A DNA stretch of 64,000 nt. It comes from Oopsacas minuta. Taxonomy: Eukaryota > Animalia > Porifera. The translations under genes were made by a program, and so were the position numbers. This document shows positions 39,701 to 52,903 of this stretch, piece after piece; positions within the stretch are counted from its first letter, which is position 1; every line of letters starts with the position of its first letter. The stretch is taken from positions 1-64,000 of the forward strand of contig JAKMXF010000009.1 in assembly GCA_024704765.1 (NCBI GenBank), written 5' to 3'. The notes under the pieces were generated by a model. That model was given only the letters and a program-made list of their open reading frames with translations, ran no database searches and was not told the DNA's origin.

Positions 39701-41095
39701 TTTCCAACAAAATAACCCATAGAGTATATATATAAGATATGGGAATAGAGCAGATTGACAAGATTACTCAGAAAGCTAGTGAGATGCATGAAACAAAGAG
39801 GGTATACTTTACATTATGAGGAAATATTATCAAAGGCCTAATTTGATGTTGAAGAATATATAACATGTATATTCAGGAATAATTTACAATGTGCTAGTGT
39901 TTATACATATTATCCTATCTGACAGATTATTACAAAATACGGGTAATCAGGCTCCGCCTCTGCTAATAAATATTAATCACTGATTACAAGTGTTATGTAA
40001 TGTCTATTAAGCTGTTATCTTAGGGAATTATACAAAATAATTTATCTAAATCAGGGCAATTACAATTCTCATAATGATATACTGGCTCTTAACTTATCTG
40101 CAGACAAGAGACTCCTAATTACATTGTTAGTGCAATCTTACAATAAAAGAATTCAGATGCCATATATTAAATTAACAAACTGGTAGAATTGGTAGAGATA
40201 TGTTATACATGACATGTTTGAATCTAAGGATTCTGGATTATTATAAATTGAATAGGAAAGAATACGGGGTTATAAGTTGTTCCTTTATGACATTTCGTCT
40301 CTTCATAACTTAATCCAGTTATTTCTGAGTTATGTGATTGTCAAGATTTGATAGTTTATAATGAATACTAACGAGCTAATTAAACGATTCTTCATTTAGA
40401 ATAATTCAAATTATTTAACAATAACATACATATATCACTATTCTATTTATTAATTTTTCTAAGTAGAGCTGGTGTATCAGACAATTGATTATAGAGTTTT
40501 GTATGCAGAAACCGTGTGCATGATAATGTTGGGTAGCGGTGAAATGTGTTAAGAGATATCGCTGGTATCACTAACAATTCCGCAGACCAGTATTTTATTG
40601 ACTTAACCAGTGTACACGACAGTATAATACACGACAATATCATAATAAGCTGCTAGCAGTAAATTAATTGATGTGAAGTTAGTTGGAAATAATTTAAAAT
40701 TGAACGTGTTCTTGATTAGAATTTGAGTGGACTATTGTGAGACTAATTAAAAGTAACGAGAGGATAACACAAACGTGCTCGAAGGACAAAACTGAAAGAA
40801 TTATTAACAAATCTTCAAAGAAGTAACAATTCAATGCCTGTAATTGCAGAATTGAGATTAAACCGTGAACAAACAAGTGATACTCAAGAATATTGCTTCT
40901 ATGACGTATACACTAAATTAGGCTGTATAGAACTAGCACTAATCAGATCAAAACGTATAGATTATAGCTACAATATACTTGTATTATATTAACAGAGATC
41001 AGTATAAATAGCACTCTACAAAAGAGAAAATAATATCAACTCGATAATCAATTCAGTTCAATTTACACATTGCAATATATTTATTACTGAATATA

Positions 41096-41572
41096 ATGGG
41101 AGCAGGATACAGCAGCAAATCTAGCACTGGTAGCAGTGTACCTGATTATGATTCTTATGAATCTGGTAACGAGACCTCAGCTATGGATGATCTATTCGAT
41201 CTCACCACTTGCATAATTCAATTGCAGAGAAAACTAGAAGACATTGACTTAGAAGCTTCAATAAATCATGCAATGTATCCAGAATGTAGTACTAGATGTA
41301 AGGACGAGAAGAGAGAATTACAAAAGAGATTAGAACTACTCACATCGAGAGAACAGAAACTTTTCAGATCGATAGCGAGGCCAAAGAAGATGGAAAGGAA
41401 GCATTCTTCTGTGATAATAATGCATAAAAAGAAACAAAAGTTGAGAAAGAAAACTCATTACAGATCTATGATGCTTCCTACTGAGTGCAGACAACTTACG
41501 AGTCTGGATGAGCCTTATAAAAAATTCTCTCAACAGCCAATCCCAATGTGCGGCTCAATAAGAGATTTGTAA
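41096..41572 (+). CDS. Orphan single-exon protein (158 aa): N-myristoylation-like start, coiled coil, basic patch
   Basis: The only long ORF in a ~22-kb ORF-poor interval. MGAGYS (G2, S6), a heptad-like segment CIIQLQRKLEDIDLE...ELQKRLELL, and KKKQKLRKK. Base composition like neighbouring host genes. Confidence 0.6.
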   Translation: MGAGYSSKSSTGSSVPDYDSYESGNETSAMDDLFDLTTCIIQLQRKLEDIDLEASINHAMYPECSTRCKDEKRELQKRLELLTSREQKLFRSIARPKKMERKHSSVIIMHKKKQKLRKKTHYRSMMLPTECRQLTSLDEPYKKFSQQPIPMCGSIRDL

Positions 41573-42380
41573 CTGATGCCAACCAAGTTTTAAATGCGTA
41601 TTATCAACAAAATCACTCTTCCCTATAGAATTCGATTCTATGTATTTAAATATTGTAATTTATAAATAATATTACTGTAATATGAATATAAAATTAAATC
41701 ATATGTTATAAAATTTAAAGTATCAAAAGTGGGAGACGAAAAACTAGAACAGAAAAGAATAGAATTGGGTATATTTCTAATAGCCAATGTATATATATTT
41801 TTCGATGGATTTCTGTGTTAATAATCAATCATTAGGAAAATATTCTAAGACTCGTCCTACATTTCACGGTATGAAAACACATAATGACACATAATAATTC
41901 TAGTAAAAAAGATAAACAGAGGCAAAACTAGCATTAACAAACTGGTAGAGTTGGTAGATATATGCTATACATGACATGTTTGAAGCTAAGGTTCTGATAA
42001 ATCATTTGATCAAACCTTCTAAGTATAAACGTTAATGTGTTATGAGTTCAAACCTCAAAGATTGAGGAGGAATACAAATAGGAACACAAAGCAAATCTGT
42101 TTTGGGTTCATAGATAAATTAATTATTACAAGAACACTTGATAATTTTCCAATGAAAAGGGGGCGTAGAGTATATTATTGTTCTGATATTAAATTCCTTT
42201 ATAGAGAATAGAAGGAAAGTGATAGCTAGAACAATATGAATATTCTTACATCTTATTAGACATAGTTAAACACAAAATTTGCAACGAAAGTCGCATTATA
42301 TGAAGTTTACCATACATTTCATAAATATATGAAAATATATCAAAAATATTTACTAGTTCCAACAATTGAGAGAATCATTA

Positions 42381-42708
42381 GGCCACTGTTAAAGAGAAAC
42401 TTGTTTTAGCTCCACATGAGATCCACCTGAATATGCATGCAGGCGGGGCGGTTCATTATCATTATCTCGTTACTTTGTGAGGTATCAGCTGGTTCATTGA
42501 CTTCATTCATAAAAATATTACAATTACTAATGTCAATGTATATGAGACTAGGCTAGGCTATGAAAAGATACTTCTGTTGTACTCTAGCCAGTTTTACACC
42601 TTGTAGTTGAAATACATTGAGTAAATGATGAAATAATGACAATATTAGCGCAGTAGCCAAATCAAATCGGGCGATGGAGCTGAAACATGTTTCCAACTAA
42701 CAGTGTCT
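42381..42708. mobile_element. PIF/Harbinger-type MITE, copy 3
   Basis: TTA|GGCCACTGTT...AACAGTGTCT|TTA. The 3-bp TTA TSD and GGCC termini fit Harbinger. Confidence 0.82.
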
Positions 42709-45700
42709 TTAAATTCTAAGCTAAAATAAGAGTGTCTCTATAGGTGGCACTATAGATACACCTTTGTAGTTAGGTATTTACCGGATGTACCACAGTACCG
42801 CACGTCAGCTATGTAGAATTTATTAGAGACTATTCACCTTATATAACGAATGAATAATTATTGGAAAAAAACAGAAAAATAATAATAGATTGTGCATTGG
42901 CTGGATAATTAATTACTGTACTTAATTCTGGGATAACACAAAGAAACTATCAGATTAGTGATAGTTGAAAACACAAAATTTCATTCTCCTAGTGCAATAT
43001 GGTTATTAATTATGTTTGGAAAATAATTTAGTCAAATTTAGGAATTGAAAGTAAGCAACAAATAAAATTTTGCAAATAGCCAGAATCTACTATTAAACTA
43101 GAGATGAAGTTACGATCAGTTGCAATATAGTCAAATAATAGAGTATGTGGGGGTAAGGTTAAATAGTTGTCAAAAATAACCAGAGCATTCTTCACAAATT
43201 TACAATGGAAGATATAATATTGAATTAAATATTTGGTGGAATATTAGTGATAGTATTAAACTGTCCAATATTACTATTAGTTCTTCTTGTTTAATAAGCT
43301 AATACATAGCTATGGCTAATAATGTTAATATCAAAGTATTATTATTTGTAAGATCTATTAATTTTAGTATTCGTAACCTTGATTGAAGTTAAACTAACGA
43401 AATGAAGTAAACCTCCCTAACAAATATATTAGTAAATAATTACATAAACTCGGGCCGGCCTGGTGAGATTTAAAAGAAGTATGAACGAATATCAAGCAGA
43501 ATTAGTAAGAGAGTTTCCATCGCGTAGCGATCGAACTAATGAATATAATTAGGTTTAATGACTATAATCATAAAGTCATAGACAGTTGATGAACTTCTTC
43601 ATTTCTCTAACTTCATTCTCTATCACATCAGAATAGTATAAATAAATGAATTATATTTCTAGCTACAAATTACAACCCCCCCCACCCCCATCACCAAACT
43701 CCATTATTTACGTAACTAAATAGATCACTATATTTTTGTAGCACCATATTTTGCTATAATACGTATACGCAGAAATATATACTTCGAGTAAAGTGCTTCG
43801 AGTATAGTAAGTACGAAAGTATGGAAATATTCCTAAAGCAGGTGTATCATATGAATATAGAAAATATATGTTACTGGGTAGAAACACAGACATAATTAGA
43901 TACAGTAATTGTTTGATGTGTGTGTACGTATTAAATCAGATGAAAGTGATTAATTTCTATAGATGAATAAAGTGAAGAGTATCAAACAAATTAATACAAT
44001 ATCTGAGTAATGAAGAAAAATATTATTACTCACTTCATCCTACATATAATGAAAGAAAATATCGCTATATAGATACTAAATGTTAGAGCACAAATAATAG
44101 CCCTAACGTATGCAATTAATTACAGTGTAAATGTCATGAGCAAGTATGGCATAATTGTTATTTAGCGGATATTAGTTAATATATTAACTTGTACATTTTC
44201 TGACAGAACTGCAATATTAGCTAAGATATTATCAAATTTAATCATTAAATAACATTAGACAATAAAATAATGTAATTAGTGAGACTATTTTAAAGGATCG
44301 CTTCCTCCTTACTTTACTACTAAAATCTTTAAAATGGAGACTAAAGTATCACTATATAATTATGAGCTTGTAAGCATCATAACTTGGTGAGATCATAAAC
44401 AATATTAAGAGACTTGTTAAAATCAAGCATTACGTAATCTCAAATTATAGGATAGTAGAAATTATGGAAATTTAAATTACAATAGAAAGAGTACATTATT
44501 GTCAATAATGAGAATTTTTTCAAATATCTGGTACAGTGAACTTCTATTATAACGATTCGTTAATCGGGGATTGTTACAGCGGGATTCATTGCATTCATTA
44601 TATTATAAAGTTGTATAATGTAATTAGATGGAAGGATTCCGCAAATTGTACAATTCGGGATAAGCGAGCATTTCGCTATATCCGACCTTGGACCAAATCA
44701 GGGAAAATAAAAATCTGAAATTCGTTCATTATATTATCTTATCAACAAAAATAATGCACTTAAGAATTTAACATGTAACCAAACTAGAATACGCGTACGT
44801 ATTTCGAAATTGTCTAACTAAAATCCATATTTCCTCAAATACAAATATCAATTTGCTCCATAGCAAAATACAACTAATAGTTACCTTCGTCTCTTCCTCA
44901 TTTGATAAATCGATTGACTGTAATATTTGTTGTCATTCAGTAAAATACAGACGTACATAAGATGATTCGTTAAGTTACCAATAGCGTAGGTCAAGTGAAA
45001 GCAGAATCAATATGATACTATATTACTCCATATATCATATAATGAATAAAAAATATCGATTACCAGTGTGGAATTAGAGTACAAAACTGGTCAGATGAAA
45101 TGTGTGAGGAATTCCATTCTAACAGAGCGTAAGCAGTAATAAAGTAATATTGTAGCATAAAGACAGCTGAAAATGGTTACTCGCAGAAAGTAGCAGACCT
45201 GTTAATATTCGTAAGTGTAGATTAGCTAAGAGACCATATAGTTTAATACAAACCTATTTCTAACTGCGAAAAAAAAAATTCATATGACCATAGTATCGCT
45301 GGAATGTTATAAATATGATTGACCTCAAAGATAATCTGTAATTAAGTTCAGCGAATTCCCTCCAAGGAATATAACAGCTTAATAGACGTAATTCTGATAT
45401 AGCAAATTATTTCAATTCACATAGCTGCTCAAATAACGAATATTATCACACTCAATTATAAAGCGAATTAAATTTATGCTAAATGAACAAATCAGTTTAT
45501 TAGCATAGCAATAATACTATTAATAGTTTATCTGACGTAAAGGATGATGTATTACTATAATCTAGATATTAAATATTCTTGGATTATCGTAAATATGAAC
45601 ATGAACATTACAGAACTCCGACTAAAACACGTAAACTGTATTGATTAACTTCTAAACGCAGTCATAATGAATTTAATCAATCATTCATACTTCGAATATG

Positions 45701-46254
45701 AAGTCAATTCTATGCCAAAGGTTCCAACCTGGGTCCATGGACTACAGTAGAGGACCACAGAATCTCAAAATTTGTTTTGCAGTCTATGGAAGTGAGTCCA
45801 CAGAATGTGTTAAATTAGTATAGGAGATCCACAGGTGAAAAGGTTGGGATACGTTGCGCGCTGTTCGATGTGAGTCTACACACAGCTACAGTAGTTTATC
45901 ATTACCAGAATCTTACTTTAACGACTATGCTGAGTCCGAATGTGGTATTGTAAAAAACATCTATATTATTAAAAAATTAAGAAACAACAACCTATTTGTT
46001 TTTTGGGTATTATTTGCTGATTAAAATCAGATTAACTTATTAGCGTCTAATTGAGCGGAGTATGATTTTAACCAAAAAAGATAAACATTTCTAAAACTTG
46101 TTTATGGTCCTGTCTCTATTAAAATGGCGAAAATAATAAAATTTCAATTACCCAATTTTACAATGTTTGTAACCGAGTATAATCAATGGAATAAAATTAC
46201 AATATTTTAGGATAATACCACAAACTATTTGACTACATCTGTAGCTACATATGA

Positions 46255-46795
46255 GACCCTGTTGATGAGAAAATTTTTACTGTTGTATCTGCTCCACATG
46301 ATCAGGGGTTATACAGTAATTCTGGATAGGTACTCTTTCTAACAGGGACTCTCCTGAGCTTTTTGGACAGTTATTTTGTACAAATTAGAGTCACACGGCC
46401 GGCACTTTGCGCCCTTCATGGCTCATGAACTGGCACTATTAATGTCCACCAAAGTATGCGGGCGGGTGACGTTTCATTATCATTATCTCATCATTTTATG
46501 ATGTTATCATAATAAAAAGTGACTAATTCATGGAAATTTTATATGACTCTACTTCCAGATACAGTCAACTTCCATTATATCGAAGAATGAAATGTACAAA
46601 TACGTAAGATCCCAAACAGTCAAAGTAGCATACATTTCATCAATCATGTCCAACTCCGCTTGTATCAAAGATATTATCGCGTCCCTTGAGCTTCGATATG
46701 AAGGGAGTTTGTACGTTAGGCTTTGTACACTAGTCAGTTAGTCGTCCTTGATATGGGCGGGTGGTGCTGAAATAAGTTTCTAACTAACAGTGGCC
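46255..46795. mobile_element. PIF/Harbinger-type MITE, divergent longer relative
   Basis: CCCTGTTGATGAGAAA...GCTCCACATGAT at left, GGTGCTGAAATAAGTTTCTAACTAACAGTGGCC|TTA at right. Confidence 0.6.
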
Positions 46796-48808
46796 TTATG
46801 TAGTTGATAACTTCATGATCACTACTACCAATACAATAACAGACTCAACTATTACGTTTGTTTTTTCAGGTTCATGTTGAGTGTCATGTCACAACGTGGC
46901 AAAAGCTGCGTATAATGATCAGAGGAGTAGCTAGCATTTTCCCTTTTAAAAAGGGGTTGCTACTGGGGTTGCTGACAGTAGCCCTGTGGTTGCCTGCAAC
47001 CAATAGCAATCCCATAGCTAAGCCTATCATAATGATATTGATAGACAATGGTGCTACCGAGTTTTCTCTCGCCAAAAAACTTAGCGAAAGGACATTAATT
47101 AGATTATTCATTATTAATCCAGGAAATTTGCTAGAATGCAAACTGAACTGACAAGGTTAAAATAGCAAAATAATGCTAAATATACAACGTTACCAAAATC
47201 AACGAATTGTAACAATTAAAATCAGCATACTTATCCCTCTACGCCTGTACAGGTATTCAGTTCTGTAATTGTACAATATATATAATTAATACCTACTCGT
47301 CAGAGATAAATGTAGTGTAACATCATTTCTTTAATAGTCAGACTTAATGACTCCTGAGTTACTACACCGGAGGATATAGCCTAAGATAAAGTTAGCTGGC
47401 CTGGATACAAATACACACATTAAGAGTATTAAATAACACATGGAAACTTCAAGAGCTTACCACATTATGTTTTTACGAATATATGTGAAAAAGCATTTAT
47501 ACATCCCTAGCATATTTCCCTGAATAAGCACTGTTTGAATATGACAGAAATATGCAGGGAAGGAGGAAGGGAGATATTCAAGGCAATACTAAATTACCTG
47601 TATATATTCATTCATTGGTCTGAGGCCCACTCGAAAATATCGTGTCGAATGGACACTACATGTTTGTTTGAGAGAAACGAAGTAATTCTTATCTGGGTTC
47701 CACAATATTCCTATATGAAAGCCTGATATACTTATCCGTATTATGACACAATCAAGGAATACGGAGAGTATCATTTGATAGATCGAGTATCTATAACAAT
47801 AGCAATGCTGTTAGTTGGTTTAGCAGCTGATATAGAATGAATTATACATAGATATATTCCCTTAATAATATAATCAATCAGGTAATAATTCACATGTACA
47901 TGTAATAATGAGGTTAATAATACATATATACAAAACTTACTGAAAGATTGCACACAGCTGGAATATACCTCATTGTACTATTATGTAACTGTAATAAGCA
48001 GAAGATAGTGTAGCCTAAGGTAGATAATGTAACTGATAAATACAATGGATATTAGGATAAAATTTATGTACTGGTATGTATGTGAGTTAGTTTTAAAGAA
48101 AACCCGAGGAACATCTCTAGTAATAGAACCCTCCCTGGAAAATTAATCTGAATAAAAAGACCCTGAGATATTTCTTATACCCTGCGTTAAATGAAGACTC
48201 TATGCATAGGCTTAATACATGTATAAGCGACAGAGGCCCCACACTATCCCCAAAATGAGCGCTTTCCAAAAATCCTGTGGGAAACACTGGGCACCACCTA
48301 TAAATTTCTTTGCGCCAGGTAGTGTGCTCCAATCAATGCGACTCCTGTCCGGCAGGACTATGCCAAGACTGGGTACGTCACTGGGGAAGCACTGTATATT
48401 AAATAATACGATATGCTAACCAAACTTATACCTGAAGTTATTCCTTAGGAGATATAGATGCAGATCTATCCTGATTATTATGCCATAATGTTAGCTCTTC
48501 TAATCGTTACCACTTCATAAAAAACAAACACTCGTTTTGAGGCAGTTTAGTGCGCTAAAACGTTAAGCACGAGTAAGACTTAACTGAAATAATAAGAATT
48601 ATATTGTGTAAGTCAGGGCAGAATAGGACGTATTAGCGTATTAGAGAGCAAGTAAACACCAGTAAAATATATAATTATTAAAAATGTAAGGAATTGCTCG
48701 CTACGATTTAGTAACTGAAAAGTTGTATGTTGTAACACAAACTGAATTAACCCAATAACAATCTCTTATAGCATTTGTAAGGTAATTATACTTTATAAGA
48801 ATGATAAG

Positions 48809-51800
48809 TTATGAAGTATTGCTTCTCTCTGGCTGAGAAAGTCGTAGGATTTTAACATCTACATTACTATTTATGTAAGATGTCATGTCTAGTGGTGTGA
48901 AGAATATAAATTGTCTATCAGGAAATTCAGCAGCAGTATTCATCATGAGATCAATGCTGATAGCTCTATTTACCATGTCCATGAATACGTCAAATTCATC
49001 AAGACACCGAAATGGAGATTCCATAGCTTCCCATAGAGACATGATGAAACATACAGTTGTGTAAGATCTCTCCCCTCCTGACAGGGTGCATGTATTGTGA
49101 GTACCTCTTTTGTTTTGTCTGTTAGTAGTAACCTCTAGGTTTAATGTCTCTGATTTGGGATCGAAGCGAATACGACCTGAATAATTCCTCTTGCTGAGAT
49201 GTTGTTGGAAGTAATGACTAGCCCTTATTATCATCATGTCCTGTAGCTCTTCATGCTTTTTCATTCGTATAGCTAGTGCTACACTCAACTTATTGAAAAG
49301 CCTAGACATTACCTTCATAGTATCTTTGTGTACTTTGTACTCTTCAATACGTTTAGTTAATTTCTGAGTGCATTCCTCACGACTCATTATTTGTGATTCT
49401 TGTTGTAATTGTATAGCTTTCTTGGTTTGCTTAATCACACTCTCCAATGTGGCTGAGTTTGATTCTGTGTCAATTCTCTCTCCACAGTTCCTCAAGGCCT
49501 CTGAAGCAAGTTGTTCAGCTTCATCGCGAAACTTCTCACAATTAGCTGCCTCCCCTCGTATAATATTCTCAAACTTCTCTCTCTTTTCTCGATAAAGTTC
49601 TATGTGTGTTTTGACGTCATCTTTAAGGTTATCAATATCAATTAGTTTTTTCTTAAATGAATCCATTTCCTCTTTCAATACTTCCAATCGTTCATCTACC
49701 TGTTTCTTAGCATTTATTTTATCCTCCATTTCATTCTCAGCTGTCTTTAGAGATTGTGCTGTATCTCTAATCTGTAATTGATGCTGTTCTTCTTTATGCT
49801 TAGATTCCTGTAGAGCATTTTCAAAAGGTTCTATCTCTTCCTGCTGTTTCTGTTCCTCGTTAGTTTTAGCTATCAAATCTTCAATCTGTCTCTCAAGTGT
49901 TCTTTTGGTAGTATTCAATTTTCTAGATTGGCTATGTAGATCATTTTGACCAGTATTGACACGATTCAATTCAGATTTACAAGCTTCATACACTTCAGAA
50001 AGTTTCTCTCTTTCCACTTGTAGAGATTTTAATTCTCGTCTATAAGCATCAATACTCGTAGACACGTCTTCTTCCAGGTATTTTACTTTTTTCTCTCGAT
50101 TCGAAAAAGCAGATCCCTTTCTCTGTATCTCATCCCCTGCTATAGTGTATGCAGTACTGCAGTTAGCAGGAGCATTCTTCCACATAACACTACGTGCTCT
50201 GTCATGCTGCTCTATTAGAATAGTAGATTCTATCTGTGCTGTATCTATCAGATAGTTCATAACATCTATATCTGGACAGGTTATCATATCGAAAATAGTA
50301 GGGAATTCACTACGTGCCTTGAATCTGCTTATATCATATGGTCTCCCTGAAAACTGAGTTGACACGATAGGAGGAGGCCTATCTCTACAGACCTCCTTCA
50401 TCAATCTGTTTAGGAGCACTCTGTCATTCAAGTTATCGACTATAAAACTCTTCATAAGGCCTCCGATACCAGCTTCTACACCCAAGGCCCATTTCCTATC
50501 CTTTACAGCTAGAAAGGATCCAATTGGACCCTTAGGAGTACGTGAGAATGAACTAGAGTTAGTCCTGATCTTCTCCATTAAAGCAGGCATATATTCTCCA
50601 TAGAGAGATAATTCGTTAGATTGACTCCGTAAGAGACGCTCAATACGGTTTTTGGTTTCAACTATTGTATGATCATTGTTAGATAGTTTATTTCTAAATC
50701 CTTCAAATCTGCTATTCAGTTTAGAAGATAGAGATTGATTCTGTTTTATTTCTTCTTCTATTTTTAATAATTTCTGCTCCACATTATTCTTATTTGTACT
50801 CAGTTCATCTTCCTCTCTCTTCCTCTCTTCCCAGACAGGAGTGAGATCTTTCTTTGCTCGCTCTTTCAGCTCTTTAATCTTCTTCTCAAAGAAAGAACAC
50901 TCCTTCTTACAACTGGCAATATTCTGTTGTATTGCCTTAAGTTGGAGTCCTAACTCATTTCTACATTGCTTAGCAGCTGTTATAAGAGAATTAGCATTGC
51001 TACATTCACTATGAACATCCTTAGCTTGATTACCAATAGCCTCGTATTCCTCTTTTGTCTTGTCAAATGATTTTGAGTGTTGATTCAAGCTAATTGTTGC
51101 ACTGTCAATTTCTTTATCACACTTTTCTAGTGCTTTCTCACACTTTTTGATCTTGTGCTCTATTGGGACCAGAAGGTTCTCTTTCTCCTTCACAAGAGCC
51201 CAGGCTTGTTCTCTGTATTTACTGGATAGTTTAGCTTCTAACGAAATAATACGACCCATCCCTACACAATTATTAATTAGTATTAAATAACTCTCAAAAT
51301 CAAGTCAGCACATCAGAATAAACACACAGATACTTGTACTATAATATGATAGAATTGCGATAAGACACATATTCTATTTTGTTCCCTCAAGGGGACGGGG
51401 TACATCTTTTCCAAATTCCACTAAACTCAGCCAAATTTGGGTATAGAAATTCCAGGAGGATGCGGTCGTGCACGCCAAAGAAGTTCTAGTTATGCCTATG
51501 CTACGTATGTTTTTCTTCTAGTAGGTAATACAGTATTCAGTATTTTAGAAACATTTCCGAGACTACTTCCATCAAATTCTGGAGCACAAACTCAGGATAA
51601 TATGTAATAGCAAAGCAGAGGTTCCCAATCTATTTAGACCATGGATACCTTCCTTAACCACAATACTTCAATGATAGAAGATATTTAACTAACTTACCCT
51701 TGTATATGTTCTCCAGGTTCTTAATCTCATGCTCCATCTCAGCTGTAGAGTTAGACTTAGCAGCTATAACATACTTCAGCTTAGCTAGTGCCTGATCAAT

Positions 51801-52535
51801 ATGATCATAATCCTGGCACATCTGTTCCAGGTGAGTAGCTTTCATGAATAGCTTATACATATTACCTGGATTATTAGAAGCCAAGAAGCTCCTACTGGTG
51901 TCCTGGTTAAGCATAGAGATCGGGTTCTCTATCTGGATGGAGAATTGCTCCAGAATACTATTCAGCTCATCTTTAGTTGTAGCTAATGTCTTCTTGTTAT
52001 GATCTTGTATTCTGTATGAGCTAGCTCCGTCAGGAGTTATACGTCTGATTACGTGTATACTCCTCCCGAACCTATCAGGTTGGTATGAATCATCTCCTGT
52101 ATTCTTTAATGTGATTTCTACCTGGGCATAAGATTGTCCCTTTTGTATGAAAGTCTTGATAGACGAACCTCTGTTAGTACACATAGCCCTTCCTCCCAGT
52201 CCCACGTATATAGCGCTCATTATTGCAGATTTCCCACTGCCATTCAAACCAAGGATTAGATTGACATTTTGTCCCAGTTCAACTTCTAACTTCTTATGAC
52301 ACATGAAATTAGTTAGACACAGTTTCTCCATAATTCCACACTCTCCTTCTACTGGTGTGCTAGAAGCAGCTATAAGAGATTTCATTCTTTTTGAAACGCT
52401 GCTACTCTCGCCAGAACGGCGTTTACTCCTGTTAGATTTGACAGGTCGTGGCTTAGGATCAACAGGTATGTTGTCAATCTCATTGTCAGTGTCTTCTTGA
52501 GATAACTTAAACCGTTTTGATTCTCTGGCGTCCAT
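48809..52535 (-). CDS. SMC6: Structural maintenance of chromosomes protein 6: exons 52535-51698 and 51261-48809 (~1096 aa)
   Basis: NFMCH, Walker A GLNGSGKS, coiled coils, hinge (PKGPIG), signature LSGGERS, Walker B CLDEFDVFMD, QFIFFTP. Phase-1 intron G|GTAAGT (51697) to TGTAG|GG (51262). Confidence 0.96.
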
Positions 52536-52663
52536 TCTGATTAAATAGCTAATCAATAGTATTATATAATCAATTATGTAAACTGTAAAGTGTCCTTCCT
52601 GGAAGAATAACAACCCCTTCTGGTACAATATTCCACGTCAATAATATTTAGCAGAAATAAGTA

Positions 52664-52786
52664 CAGTGGAACCTGTATGAACAATACATATCATAGGTTT
52701 AGCAAATTGTCGGAAGCTATTTCAGATCAGAAACACTGTTGGATTATAGAGGGTTATAGAGTTGTCAGCTAATGCAGGTTTCACTG
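52664..52786. mobile_element. Tc1/mariner-type MITE ~130 bp upstream of the SMC6 ATG
   Basis: TA|CAGTGGAACCTG ... CAGGTTTCACTG|TA. Confidence 0.7.
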
Positions 52787-52903
52787 TACTGATTACCCAA
52801 CTCGTTATAACAGGACCGACGGAAATAATGTTTCGATGGTCCGGCAATTGCCTCCTCCCAACCTGCCTTACCGGGTGTAATCGCGTTTTAGGGACCCAGT
52901 GGC

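Noticed and set aside
46858-47151. Overlapping hydrophobic ORFs on both strands (97 aa +, 85 aa -) that look like membrane-protein exons
   Set aside because: The core (GGGTTGCT...GCAACC...ATAGCTAAGCCTAT) is the same repeat end seen at ~14737-14768 and ~26760-26780, so these are most likely chance ORFs in a MITE.
52536-52628. 31-codon N-terminal extension of SMC6 in the ORF track
   Set aside because: Low-complexity AT-rich sequence unlike SMC6. The ATG at 52535 gives a normal ~1096-aa protein.
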